64,000 nucleotides of DNA from the human T2T-CHM13v2.0 reference genome, Homo sapiens: NCBI RefSeq assembly GCF_009914755.1, contig NC_060928.1, one strand, 5' to 3'. The notes beneath the pieces are model-generated. The model was not told the origin of the DNA. It did not search any database and worked only from the letters and a program-made list of their open reading frames with translations. Position 1 is the stretch's first letter. Every line of letters begins with the position of its first letter. A program made the position numbers and the translations under genes. This document shows, piece after piece, positions 1 to 16,458 of the stretch.

Positions 1-1805
1 AAGTATGACTATTTTTATAAATAACTAGGCTATTTTAATGACTATTTTTATTATTAGAAAAAAACTTCTTATATACATTAAAGTTTATATATATACCTTT
101 TGTATACTGAAGGGCTCTGAAAGATTCCATTGTCTTTTTTACGTTATAGTTACTTAATATTGCTCTAAATAATTAATCATATTTGTGTTTGCAAAGGTTC
201 TTCAATGCCCATAGTCAGGGCTGCAGGAGGCAGAACTAAAATTTAACTAAGCATCTACTACATGCCAAACATATGTTTTCTCATTCTATTCTCAAAACGA
301 CCTTACTATAAAGGTATTAGCTGTGACTGATAAAACTGTGGCTTATAGATATGTTACCTAAGGTCAAACAGCTAAGGAAAAATCACACAGCTGGGAGGCT
401 AACTGAAGTCTGTAAAACAAGTCCTTTTCCCACTAACTACGTATGTTAAATTGTTTTTCCAGTAGTGGTAATAGAGAACAGCTCTTCGCCCCTCCTTCTC
501 TTCCCTCCACTTCCCCGTGAACAGCATACACTATTTCTTTGTGAGACCAGGTGCAAAGAGCAATCTCTGGCCATGACACAGAGTACGGCCTACAAGGATC
601 GAAACTGTATTATGCTTTTATCCACAGCACGGTTCTAGCTAAATGATCTAACTACATACAAATGTAATGAGGTTGGAGTAGAAAAGCACATTAGCAAATA
701 ATTATCCAAATGCCATTTGTATTTGGTTCTGAAATGTACTGTAGACCTATTGGCAGCAGGTTTATCTTTACAACTGGGTTTTGCTTAGGCTATTCTCAAA
801 ATAGCTTTCCAGCAGCACATACTGAGTAGACAACAGAGGTTGCTTGATCTAGTTTTTGGAGACTGAGGAAAACATGTTTGTTGAGCCTATCTTGATTGAC
901 AAGATAACTAGAGGCAATACGGTAAAATGTAACACTGTGCTTCCAATGTGTACAAACGGCTCAGCTAAACTCCCTGAACACAATCCACCTAAACAGTCTA
1001 AGCTCAATAGCCGACCGAGTTAAGCAGGATGACAGCTCCAGTAACTTCCTCTTCCTCACCCAGCTCCTCAGCTCGGCGGCGCGTACACGCCTCTCCCCCT
1101 AGGAGGCAGGATAAAACAATTTCAAATGCACAAAATCCATCCAATCCCACAGGCCAGGAAAGCCAGTTTCCCTTTCTTCCTCAGCCCTTCCAAGAAAATG
1201 TTTGTCTAATTAAAAAAAAAAAAATCTTACCAACGGCAAAGTATTTGCAACAAAAATCCAAAATATTTACTCAGTCCCTCCACACAGCCTTAGGGGAAGG
1301 ATGAAAAGAAGGGAACACGACACCGCGTATTCCCAAGACTGACTGTTCTGATTCACTTTCCTCCCTCGGGTCCCACAGCCGGCCGGGCGAAGGCTTGCAG
1401 TTGGAACGCCAAAATAAGCCTTCGCCTCTCAGGAGACGCGGAGGCGGCCACGGCGACGGCAATCGGCGAGTCCCGCCTCCGACCCTCACCTGCCCAGGCC
1501 TGAGGCAGCGCCGTGGGCTCGCGCGGGCTCGCCGTCCCGGGAGGCGTCCGGGGAGGTGGGCGGGCGCCCAGGCAGTTAGGCCGCGCTGCAGGCCGGCGCG
1601 CTTCCTGCCGCGGCCGGGGAACGGCGGCCCCGGGATCAGCGGCGCGGCACCGACCAGCAGCTCTCCCAGCCCCGCTGCCGCGCGTGTGCCGCACTCACTC
1701 AGCCCTCCCCGGCCGGCCCCCTAGGAGCAGCTCTCACCTGCCAGGCTCGGGAGCCGCAGCCACAAAGCGGGAGGGACACGCCACTCTGGGGTCCCGGCCC
1801 CGGGC

Positions 1806-1813
<8 letters not shown>

Positions 1814-1861
<48 letters not shown>
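1814..1861 (+). repeat. (AC)24 microsatellite
   Basis: Perfect dinucleotide run inside the CpG island. Confidence 0.97.
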
Positions 1862-1863
<2 letters not shown>

Positions 1864-2089
1864 CGGAACCTTCGCCCGCCTCTGAAGAGACGCGGGTCAG
1901 CCCCGCCGCCCCCTCCAGTCACCCGACACACACCCACTCGCCGTGGGTCCTCGGGCCGCCTCCCCGCCCGCCAAAGTCCCAACTCGCACACCCACACGCA
2001 CATTTGTCCCTCTCCCACCTCATTTCCCCGGGGACGCGCTCCTCTTCCCAACACTCTCGGTCCTACTCGGAGGCAAAAGAACACTCTAC

Positions 2090-2094
2090 CTCAT
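2090..2094 (-). CDS. CNOT6L: First coding exon fragment (ATG AG, phase-2 donor GTAGAG) of CCR4-NOT deadenylase subunit CNOT6L; rest of gene lies left of the window
   Basis: Minus strand reads aagagaATGAG|gtagagt. Fits the recalled CNOT6L N-terminus MRLIG and the recalled head-to-head position relative to MRPL1 on 4q21. Identity rests mainly on synteny because only 5 coding nt are visible. Confidence 0.75.
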
Positions 2095-2399
2095 TCTCTT
2101 CCTCTGGCCCAGAAGCAACAGCAGCCATTTCCCCGCGGCAGGGGAAACACACACACAAACACGCGCGCGCGCGCGCACCAGGCCCCCACAGATGCTTCCC
2201 CTCCAGAGCCGCGGCCGCAGACGCAGACGCAAACACAAACACCCACGGCGGGCCTCGCTCCCGCCCGCCCCGAGGGGAAGCCGCGGCGGCACACAGGGCC
2301 CGTAACCGGGGCTCGCGGGCGGGCGCGCAGGGAACCCGGGCCCGGGGTCTCGGGGGGCCCGCGCCCCCTCCTCACCTGCATTCAGCGCGCCGGGGTCCG

Positions 2400-2481
2400 G
2401 GCGGCGGCGGCGGCGGCGGCGACGGGGCGGCTGGTGCTGGTGCTGCGGCGGCGGGGGAGGCGGCGGCGGCGGTGGCGGCGG
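2400..2481 (+). repeat. GGC/CCG trinucleotide tracts; (GGC)7 at 2400-2420 plus an interrupted tract
   Basis: Read directly. Confidence 0.9.
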
Positions 2482-5331
2482 GGCTGAGGGCAGCAAAGAC
2501 ATGCAGGCAGCCCGCCGGAGGGGAGAGGCACCGGCCGGAGGGGATGCGGGGCGGGCGGGCCGGGCCGGGCCGCCTGACGAACGGCAGAGGCGGCGGCGCG
2601 GAAGGCGGCTGAAGGGAGCGAGGAGACAGACCGGGGGTCGGGAAGGGGGACGAGGGCCGCGCCGCCGGGCTTCGAGGACAGTGACCCCAGGCGCGCAAGA
2701 GAGGCCCCGCGGCCGCGGCCGCCGGCGCGAAGGCCCCAGCCGAAGGAAGCTGCGCCCCCGCAGGGCCGGAGCCGCGGCTACTGCTCCGAGAGCCACGCAG
2801 AGCCTGGCCTTGGCCTTGGCCTCCTGGTGCTGGGGCTGCCGCCGCTGCGGGGGTTGCCGCTGCGCCGGGTGCTGCTGGGGCCGAGGTTGAACAGAGACGC
2901 CAGCTTTCGGTGCCTTCGCTCCCGCTCACACACGTTCACACCCCCGAGGGCCGGGGGAGAGGCGTCCGGGCGATATCGGTATTGAGATTAATAACAAGGT
3001 GCAGAGAGTGCGAGAACGAGGAGGGTTGATTGACGTGGAGGGGCTGGCGGGAGTCAGTCACTCCCCGGCGCGGAGGGTTGGGGTGAGGGGAAGGAGGCGG
3101 GGCGGTGACGGGGCGGAGCTCCTACGCAGCGCCTTGGCCCCGCCCCCCGTGCGCCGCGTTTTGTCGCGGTGAGCGCGCGGAGGCCCGGGCTTCTTAATGG
3201 TTTTCTGTTTTGCTCTGGCTGTTTTCTCACTCTTTTTTCCTGGCCTGAGCGAGGAGCGGGGCTGAGAAGAGTGGTAGAGTTTCAGAAACCCACATCCACA
3301 GAGCCTTGGCGAAGAGACGGGAAACCGCCTCACCCCGGGTTCTTGTGTGGGCGCTGTTTACTGCACCCTCCTCGCCCGAGGCGACCTGACAGCGAAGCAG
3401 AGCGTAGGTCTAGGTGGCTGAGACGCCAGGGGAGGTGAAGTGACCGAAGGAAATGTTTCCTGACATATTCGGTGGATTTTTTTTAAAAACATATAGCATC
3501 TGTAAGTTGTATCGTCAAAGGTAAATAAAAGAACCTGTGACGCTCAGCGATAACCCGGTCCTATTTTCTAATTCTCCCTTCTCGTTGTAGACTTTAGTTT
3601 GTTGTTTGTAGCTTATCCATGCCATCTACAGAATGAAAACATCCAAATGCAAACTAGAAATAGTAGTGTTTACTTGGTGAACCTGGCTGTGATACTTTAA
3701 GTTTCTGGGGTTTGTTTTTGTTTTTGTGGGCCAGCTTCAGCTTTTTTGGGCCAGCAGTCCAAAAAGCAAATTACACCGGCTGTGGAGGCAGAGTACTGCT
3801 GTTGCAGTTTTGCACAATTTTAATCTCTTTCTCAATGCATGCCCGGGCTCGTGTATTTACCAGTGTTGGTCAAGGGTATATTAGCAATGTTCAGTATTTT
3901 TTCCCCCACAGGAGTGTTTAGCACACTAAGCACGTTGCGTTGGTTGCAATTCATCTTAGGCCTTATTACTGAATGTAAAATGCCTTCATCTCTTGGGGGA
4001 AAAGGTGCGGTGAAAATGCAAATCATCATTTAGCTAAAACTGAACAGCTGTTACAAGAGTCCATAATTGCAGAACTATTGCACCACTTTCATCTTGGCAC
4101 CAGGATGGGTGAATGAGTGAGTAAAAAAGCCCCTCAGTTCACAAGACGACAGACTATTTTCTTTTCTACCTATGTTAATTTTCCATTTCCCTCCCTAGCA
4201 ACACCAGCCCCACACCATCTTCTGTGAAACATGTCAAAATGGCCTTAAGCCTGGAAGAAGTCTCACTCTTTCCCAACTATCTAAGAGTCTAGGCTGACAT
4301 AAAATGAATAATTATCTTTGGCTTTGTAAGCAGCAAAGCCAAGCAAGTCACTTCAGGAGTCCAAATAGTGGACCTGCCTCAATGGCATCTTGCCACAGTA
4401 TTTCTCCGTAGCACACAAACACTCTCCCAGGGAGAAATACCACCAATTATAGAAGGAAAGAGGAAAATAAATACCTGAAAAAATGTAAATCAGATAATGT
4501 GATAGCCTCACAGATTTAAGCATCTTTAAATAACAATAAATTTATATGAATTTTCTGTGAGTATTCAATGAATTTTCATTCATATACAATAAACACATAT
4601 GGAGGGCATATTATGTTCCAGACGCTATGTTTAGCATTGGAGACACACAGCCAAGCATATATAGTCCCTTTTCTTAAGTAACTCACTATCATTGTAGGGG
4701 AAGCTGACACATAAACAGGAAATTCTCACAGAACAAACCAGAAATGAAAGTATGAGAGGTGACACAAAATTAATAGTCACAACAATGTCTAGGAGGATGG
4801 GCTGACAGCACTGGCATTTACACGTGAGCCATTTGACATCTTCCCACTCTCACAGGCTGCCTAGCAGTAGTGACAGGTGGGGAAAAATGACAGGGCCATT
4901 GTGGATGTTAAAGAAGCACTAATAAATGGTGGACTTTGGTGGTCCTGAAGGTCAACTTTATATATGGGATGTTCTTTGTTGGCCTCTAAATTTTAAGTAG
5001 TAAATGCATCACAATCCATGGTGGGGAGGGGTGATTGTAACTTTCAGAGTTAATAGTGGACAGTGGATGTTGTCATAGGATCATTTATTTTAATGCAGGT
5101 TAAGTTTAGAATTTACTCTCAAAGATGTCCTCTTTATACCATATCAAATTGATTGACTCACTAAAAACAAAAGGAAAGCAATACTTTTATATGTTAACTA
5201 TATTATCCAAAAAATAGATTGCTGTTTTTCTCATTTGCAATTAGAATGACATTGGAGAAATAATAGTTTTCAGATAGTTGGCACTATACAAATGCCAAGA
5301 AATTGTCTTCAGTGAGATTAAAAAACAAACA

Positions 5332-7272
<1,941 letters not shown>

Positions 7273-8097
7273 AATTTGATTTTATTTAATACATACTTTC
7301 ATACTAATAGCCACATAACAATAAAAATGTCACATTTAAGTGTATTCAGTAAGGTATAATTAGTAACAAATATATTTTACATCATATTTATTAATAAAAA
7401 ATAACTTTAAAGCAAGTATTAATCAAGATAATCATGAATTTTTACTTCCTGGACCTCCTGACAGGGCCTTCAAACTATATTTCAGTGACATAGTCTTACT
7501 TTTACTGAACTACAATCTTCCCCATCTTCCTATCTTGTACATATTTATTCCCCTTTCTCCCTCCCTCCCTCCCTCCTCTGTCTCTCCCATCTCCCACTTA
7601 TTCTTATATTTCTTACCATCTACTGTGGGCATACTCGTCCAAGACACGTGGCTTTTCTCATTGCCTCTGCCCCTTTCTGGGGTCTTCAACTCTCTTTCCA
7701 TCAATCTCCTACTTGTTCCTTTCTCTGGAGTGGCTGTGGATGGATGACACCAAGGATCATTCCCACTATCTTAGCCAAAGATGAACATTTTTCACCATTA
7801 TTAATAGTGTGCCATGTGATCCATCAGTTCTCCATAAAATGATAAAGTAAGCCGAGTTCATCTTTGAACTTTGAAGGCAGATGTCCTACCTCCCCTTTCT
7901 ACACTTCCCAGCTCAAGTCCCTTGATCCTGAATACATTAGAATCTCCACCTCAACCCCACCAGTTAACACCACACTCCTATATTCCCAAAATTGTTTTAC
8001 TAGGCGAGCACCACCACCACCAATAAATATCCAGTGCTTCATTTTGTCTACGCCTTGGAGGTGACTGGCATGCTTTCCAATTAATAAAATCTATTAC

Positions 8098-8446
8098 AAT
8101 CAGCCCTCTATAGCTGTGGTTTCCACATTCCATGGATTCCATACCCTTGGTTTCAACCAACCTAGGATCAAAAATACTCAGAAAAACAAGTGGATGGTTA
8201 TGTCTCTACTGAACATGTATAGATACTTATTTCTTGTCATTACCCCATAAAGTATAACAACTATTCACATAACATTTACATTATATTAGGTGTTACAAGT
8301 AATCTAGAGACGATTTAAAGTATGTGGAAGGATATGCATAGGTTATATGCAAATATATGCCATTTTATATAAGGGACTTATGGATCCATGGATTTTGGTA
8401 TGAGGGGGTCCAGAAACTATCCACCAAGGATACTGAGGGATAACTA
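8098..8446. mobile_element. MER2-like (TcMar-Tigger) non-autonomous DNA transposon
   Basis: Ends resemble MER2 termini (cagccctcta...gatactgagggataact). Typical internal motif gcataggttatatgcaaata. Confidence 0.75.
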
Positions 8447-9059
8447 TTTTAAAGCTGTACTCCAAGCATCTTCTTGAGGTTTTCAAAGGTATGTTTCAGA
8501 AGCTACATAGAGTACACAAAAGGAACCAGGTAGATGGGTCCTGAACAAGAAAGCCTGTGTTTTATCTCTTAATATATTGACCATCTATTTGTCTGCCCAG
8601 TAACCTTTTTCTTTGAACAATGCTCTCTGTCTTTGGGGAAACTATTTCTACCTGCACCATGATCGGTAATTCTAGTGCAGCTACAGCTCAAAGAATCCCC
8701 CAACTTCTTGGCTACAATGGTGGACATAGGACTCAAGTCAAAGCAAGCAGAGTTCTTCCCCAGGATGTTTTCAGGTGGAACTAAGGGGAGAAGGGCTATT
8801 CCACCATAGCAGTAGAGCCCAGAAGGAAGTCAGAACGGTCAATGGCCTTGTGTAGAATGAAGCCACCACTCAAATGAGAAATGTAAAGAACAATTCCTGC
8901 CGGTGCACCAGTCTCAGGTTCTGGTGATCCCTGAGGTCCCAGCTGCACCTTTTCACATAATATAGCTAAATTAACTGGTAAATTCTCTTCTACATCCAAA
9001 CTAACTTGAGTTAGACCTCTGCAACCAAAACATCTGAATACATTGTGTTTCTGCATGAG

Positions 9060-9179
9060 AGTTCTTTCAAAGAAAGAACTCTTGAACTTTCAATAAGTTC
9101 TTTCAAAGAAAGAACTCTCGAACGTTCAATAAGTTCTTTCAAAGAAAGAACTTTTGAACGTTCAATAAGTTCTTTCAAA
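9060..9179 (+). repeat. 36-bp tandem repeat, 3.3 copies, internally palindromic
   Basis: Units start at 9060, 9096, 9132 and 9168 (partial): AGTTCTTTCAAAGAAAGAACTyTyGAACkTTCAATA. Confidence 0.97.
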
Positions 9180-9539
9180 CTTATTGCTGCCCAATAAGTT
9201 TGAAAATCACTGAACTAAACTAAGTCGTTATGATTGGTGGAATCGTAGTCTACCAAACGTTGAAGATCACTTGGTCCTACTTCTGCATTTTCCACATGAG
9301 GAATCTGAGGCAAAATGACTTGCTGAATGAACATCACCCAGGCAGTCAGTGTTAGAAACTGGTCTCTGGATACCTAGTTCATTTGTTCTCTTTATTAAGC
9401 TTCTCTGTTTAATTCCTCCCAAAGGTATTTTTACGAGGTAATTATTTAGAAATAAACCTTAACCTAAAAGAATAAATCAAAACAACGGCAATTTCAGACA
9501 CTGACTACATAGTGGGAAGATACTTGGTGGCATGGAGGC

Positions 9540-10500
9540 CATAATGGATCCCTTTTCCTCTTTGAGCCCCTCAAACTTTGAGCCCCTTTTTCATATTGGA
9601 CCCAAACAAACTTTAAATCTTAGATGATCACATCTACAGGTCTTAACTACCATCTTTATGCTTACAACTCCCAAATATACATCTTCAATCCAGAGTTCTC
9701 ATCACACATTTAGATCTATACTGTCAATTTCCTCCTGGATATCTCCACCTAGACAGGCTATACACATTGCAAGATATATATGTCTAAAACTGAGCTCATT
9801 GTCTTTTCCCCAAAATTGATTCTTGGTCTTGCATGACCCTCTGTTATTAAAAATGGTACTATCACGCTAAAAATCATGTAATCATATGAATAGTCACCTA
9901 ATGCAGAATCCTAGGAGTAATCCTTAACTTTTCTCTCCCAGCCTCACCAAGATCTACCAATTCTGCCTACTAAATATTTTCATTAATCTAGCCCCTTCAT
10001 CCTAATGCACTCCAGAGTTATAAGTCAGCCTGTCAGCTCTTGCCTGAGCTTTTTGCATTTTGTCTATTGTTTTAGTATCCTAAGTATAATCCTAACATCC
10101 TCCTAAAACATACCCTGTTCATATTAATTACTCTGCTCTTTAAATGACTTTACATAATTTATAAAATAAAGCCTAACTTCACAAGCATATATGTTCCTTA
10201 ATGATTTGCCCTTCTCTTACCACCACCACCTGCAGCCATTTAACCACCAGCTTTTCTCTCTCTCACCCTTGCCTTTAATGAACCACCTGTCACTTCTTAA
10301 ACAGGATGTGCTCTTTTAGATATCTTTGCACATGCAAAGTATAGTATCTTTCCTCAGCATAGTATGCTGTTTCCCATTTTGTCCTTTTCTTAAAATCATC
10401 CTTCAAGATTCACCTCAAGCATCACTTCCTCTGTGAAGCTTTTTCTAAAAACCCTGCTATGTACTCCCTTAACAGGCTGTGCCCAACTCTCTTACAGTAA
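9540..10500 (-). mobile_element. L2 LINE relic
   Basis: L2-typical motifs: ctcccaaatatacatcttcaatccag, tgtctaaaactgagctcatt, tccttcaagattcacctcaagcatcacttcctctgtgaagc. Confidence 0.7.
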
Positions 10501-10989
10501 GTGTGGTTAAATTAACCAGCAAATTCTCTTTTAGATCTAATCTGAGTTAGATCTCTCCAAAACATCTGAACTAATAAGTTGTGTTTCTGTATTATTATTC
10601 TTTCAAAGAAGGCTAATGGCTGCTAAAATAAGTTTGGTAATCACTGAACTAAATGATAATAAAGCATTATTATTGGTTGAAGCATTTTTAAAAAGAGGTA
10701 CCCCATTTGTGGAGATGAATTAGGATATGTTTCCCTCTGGGTGCATGCAGTCTATCAAAGCACAGTCCCCACTAACCTTTTGCCTAGATGTCTCTATCCA
10801 GCATGCAAACTGAACAAGCATATGACATTATGCTATAATTACCTGTATGTGTACACATCTGTCTTTCACATCCTAGATTGCAAATTCTGTCTTTATCTCT
10901 AGTACATCATAGAATTTCTGATACAGAATTCACAAGGAACAATTGCTTAATTAATTAATGATAGCAATTCTCAAATCATATCATGTAGT

Positions 10990-11600
10990 CTTAACTTTAC
11001 AAGCAATTAGCTGCTAGTAAAATAAATCAGAAATAACAGTAACAAAATAAATGTTATTTTTCTCTCACATAAAGGAAGTCTGGAAGTAGTCAATGCAGGG
11101 CTGATATGGCACATCCATGGTCAGCAAGGACCAGGCTGCTTTTCTCCTTGGGTTTGCTATCTTTAGAGCATGGCTTCCTTTCCTGCTTCATAGTCCAATA
11201 TGGCTGTCCAGGCCACCCCATACAGTTGTGTAGTTTATTTACTGTGAAGACACCTGACCAAGAAGTGAGTGGGGGCTGTGTATTCTGAGGGATTCCTTCT
11301 ACCCAGAGGAGGAAATTTTCTAACTCATCTGCAAAGATGGGGGATTCTTCCTATTCTGTTCAAAGGCACCAAAAACATTAACAGAGATGCCATGACTATC
11401 ATGATTCCAGCTATCCCACTCATTTTCCTGGCAGAACAAAAATTAACCACACCCCTAAACACTTTCCTGGAAGACTCACCCAAAAAATACTTGCTTAGAT
11501 TTCACTGACCAGAAGCAATGAAAGAACATGGGTCGCTGAAAGGGAAGCTGGAAAGCATAGTGTTTTGGTGAGATACACTGCCACCATAAATAAACTACTG
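10990..11600. mobile_element. Old MaLR (MLT1-type) LTR relic
   Basis: Resembles MLT1 LTR motifs (ttttctctcacataaaggaagtctggaagtag; gggaagctggaaagcatagtgtt). Subfamily uncertain. Confidence 0.5.
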
Positions 11601-12248
11601 GATAGCCTCGGTCTAAGTGCAGCACGGATAACGATTCATCACTTCAATGTCTAATGGTTGATGAGTCCAAAGAAATAAAGCATTCTGCTGAGTTTCGTAA
11701 CTAAGAGTTTTAACTCTAGCAAAGCAATCTTACAATTATGTTTATCTGAATTAAAGCAAGACACTTTGAACAAAACATTCATGGTCTGTTTTTAGAAACT
11801 GATGATAATTTCTCTCTCTCTTTCTCTCTGTTTCTCTATCTGAAAGTTTGTTTTTGATATTCCAAAGAACATCAGTATTTAAATTGAGTTATCAAGTAGA
11901 AGGATTCCCTTACATTTTATAATTTTTTTAAAAGTCTCCTCTTAACAGGAGTTCTTTTTCCTATCCAAGATAGCATTGAAAGTTTAGTATTGTGTTCATT
12001 ATGCTTGTACCTGTGTTTCTAAGCACATGATATCTAACAAAGCCTCCCCACTGCCTTTCTTTCAAGGATGTTTATAATCTGGACTCAAACATTCACACTA
12101 GGTCTTATCCAAACTTGTTCACAATGCACGCCCTGAGTTTCCAACTCTGTATCTTTGTTCACGTTGTTCATGGCTTCCACTTCTCAACTTTCCTTTTCCA
12201 CACCATCAAGCACATCCTTCAAGCGCTTACTCCCATCCTTTTTCATGA

Positions 12249-12596
<348 letters not shown>

Positions 12597-13941
12597 TAGA
12601 TGTTAAAATTTTACAACAGATATTCCACCCACTAAATAATTTATATTTTGAAATTTGAGATTTATATAATATGGAATAACTCTTTAAATGTCAAGCATTA
12701 AACCTTGTTTTTGTTTTAAACTAATACCAACGGCTGATACACCTACACAAAACAAATTCGGTAAACTTCCACCAGCTGACCTTTAAAATAATCATTAGTA
12801 AAAAGAATTATGCTTTTCTGCAACAGGAATAATCTCGTTATTTGCATTATTTCCAGAATTATATTCTACTTTTTTATTTAGCTTTTCTATATTGGTGTTC
12901 CAATCCCAAAAATAGCTAGGAAAGAACAATATTTTTAACATCTCAAATCTTCTAACTTCTTCCTATTTATCTTCCATATATAATAGTATATTCTTTTTAT
13001 AACTTGTGTTTTTTTTTTTTTTTGTAAGCAACTTTTAGATTTAACTGTTTTAACTGAATGGGCCAACCAAACTTTATTTTTTTTTTTTACAGAATTTATG
13101 AAATAGAGCAAATCTTTTGATGTGAAGATAGAGCCTGTATTTCACCCTTTGGTTCTAAAATGACTCACGCTCATCATACATTTTAATTTGTGTTCTCTAG
13201 TTAACCTTTTCAGTTCCTTCTTTATGCCAAACAGAACTAACAAGGATTAGTTAAGATTCCAACATATGATGTGATTTAAGAGAAATCACTACATGAAACT
13301 GTTTTCACCATTGCATGTTATAATGCCTGAAAATTCAGCATGGAGATTGACTCCTTTGAAAATAAAAACTTCTAAAATACCATACATCATCTTAAATTAG
13401 TGTGTCACAACACCTACTATGCAGAACACAATTTCCCATGAGATTCTTAGGGTATGTGGAGAGGGGAGATTCTATGCTGAAATAAATGTAGGAAATGCTA
13501 CACACTGCATTTTTTCTCTTAAAAACTCATGATACTCTTAAACAATTAAGAAATCTTACCTAAAGAAATATGATTAATAGTGTTTTCTCAAATATATTGA
13601 CCATAGAGCTCTACTTAATACCCATAAATGTCCTATCATACCAGTGTTCTTTGGAACATGCTTTGTGAAACGCTACCTAAACCTACAATCAGGAAAACTT
13701 GCTTTAGAATTATAGAAACATAAAGCTGGAAATCTTTTATAGTGATAATGTAGCTTAAGTCTCAAGCTTTTCAGATTTAAAAAATAGACCTATAAAAGTT
13801 AAATTATGTGGCTTAAGTAATAAAGCCAGGATGAGAACTTACCTTTCATTTCCCATCTTATTCCTGAGATCAAAATGCTACAGAATTATAGTGTACATAA
13901 GAGGCCTCTTCAGTTGGGTTACTGGCTCTGTTATTTCTCTA

Positions 13942-15410
<1,469 letters not shown>

Positions 15411-16458
15411 GTAGAATATATCTTAAAAATTGCCTAGCGTTCTGTTGAATATGACAGTAGTGAATTACCAACTATTCACTAAATTCAAGGGCACAACTCC
15501 TTAACTCACTGAATAATCTCAATAGGGACAATTTACTGAGAGTTCACAATGCCCCAGAAACTTTATTTACATTTTCCTGTTTAACCTTTATAACCACCAT
15601 ATAAAGTATTATTATTTTTCCCCATGATGCAAAAAATTGTAGGTACACAGGTTCAAATTTTTTATCTTGTATCTACATGTAGCTTTAATGTGAATCTCAT
15701 GGCTGCAAGAACAGACTGATACACAGATGTGTTGATTTGTCATAGGAGTGAAAAATGAGAAACCTGAGGCTCAAAGATGCCAAATAACTTTCTTCAGGAG
15801 AGCATGGATCCAAACAGGTCTTTTTGATGTTTAAATCCATGTGCTTAGCCACTACAATATATTGCCAAATGTAGTTTTTATTACTGAAAGCAGCTGTTCT
15901 CTTTCTATTCATACTTTTCTTACCTTCTGATGTAGCTTCCCTTTGTAAATGGCTTTCCTTTTTTGTCTTTCTGGAACAATTTTTTTTTCTGGAAACAGAT
16001 AAGGCTGTTCCCCACTTCCTCCCCACCCCCCACCCCAGCCCCTTTTAAAGTAGAGATCTGTGCTAGATTTGGATCTGCTACAATTGATTCTAATTAATGT
16101 CCCTACCCTAAGGCTGTCTCTAAAAGAATGACTCAATATAACTGAGCACATTTCATTTTTAAAGGAACTTGAGAGTGTTTAACTTGAACCAACATGTCCA
16201 GGGAGTATACTCTTACCTGTTCATTGCCTTTTATTCCTCACCAGCCATTCACTTTTTAAATTACTAGATGGTTGCTTCCACTCCCACTGTTGTCATCTAA
16301 AAATATTATTTCAGTGATTATGAACAATCTCCTCATTAGTGGAGTGTTTTTCTTCTCCATTACTAGAGTGGAAGTAATTTGAGGTCAGAGAATGTATGCC
16401 ACTTTGTTTACTCTATGATACTTCGTAATACTTACACATAGTAAATTCACAGTAACTG

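Larger units (their letters stand above)
1040..3560. promoter_or_regulatory. CNOT6L: CpG island / promoter and 5' exon region of minus-strand gene (CNOT6L)
   Basis: Very GC- and CpG-rich block in AT-rich, CpG-depleted flanks. GC boxes at ~3096-3147. Several minus-strand CAG|GTGAG donors. Boundaries approximate. Confidence 0.9.

Noticed and set aside
1353-3438. Long overlapping ORFs in the CpG island (e.g. 1513-2487, 324 aa; 2004-2612)
   Set aside because: Stop-poor GC-rich DNA and microsatellite translation (THTHTH, VCVCV); mostly non-ATG starts; no recognisable domain
9060-9179. CRISPR array (36-nt palindromic repeats)
   Set aside because: Units are directly adjacent with no unique spacers, there are no cas genes, and the context is primate DNA. 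It is a minisatellite.
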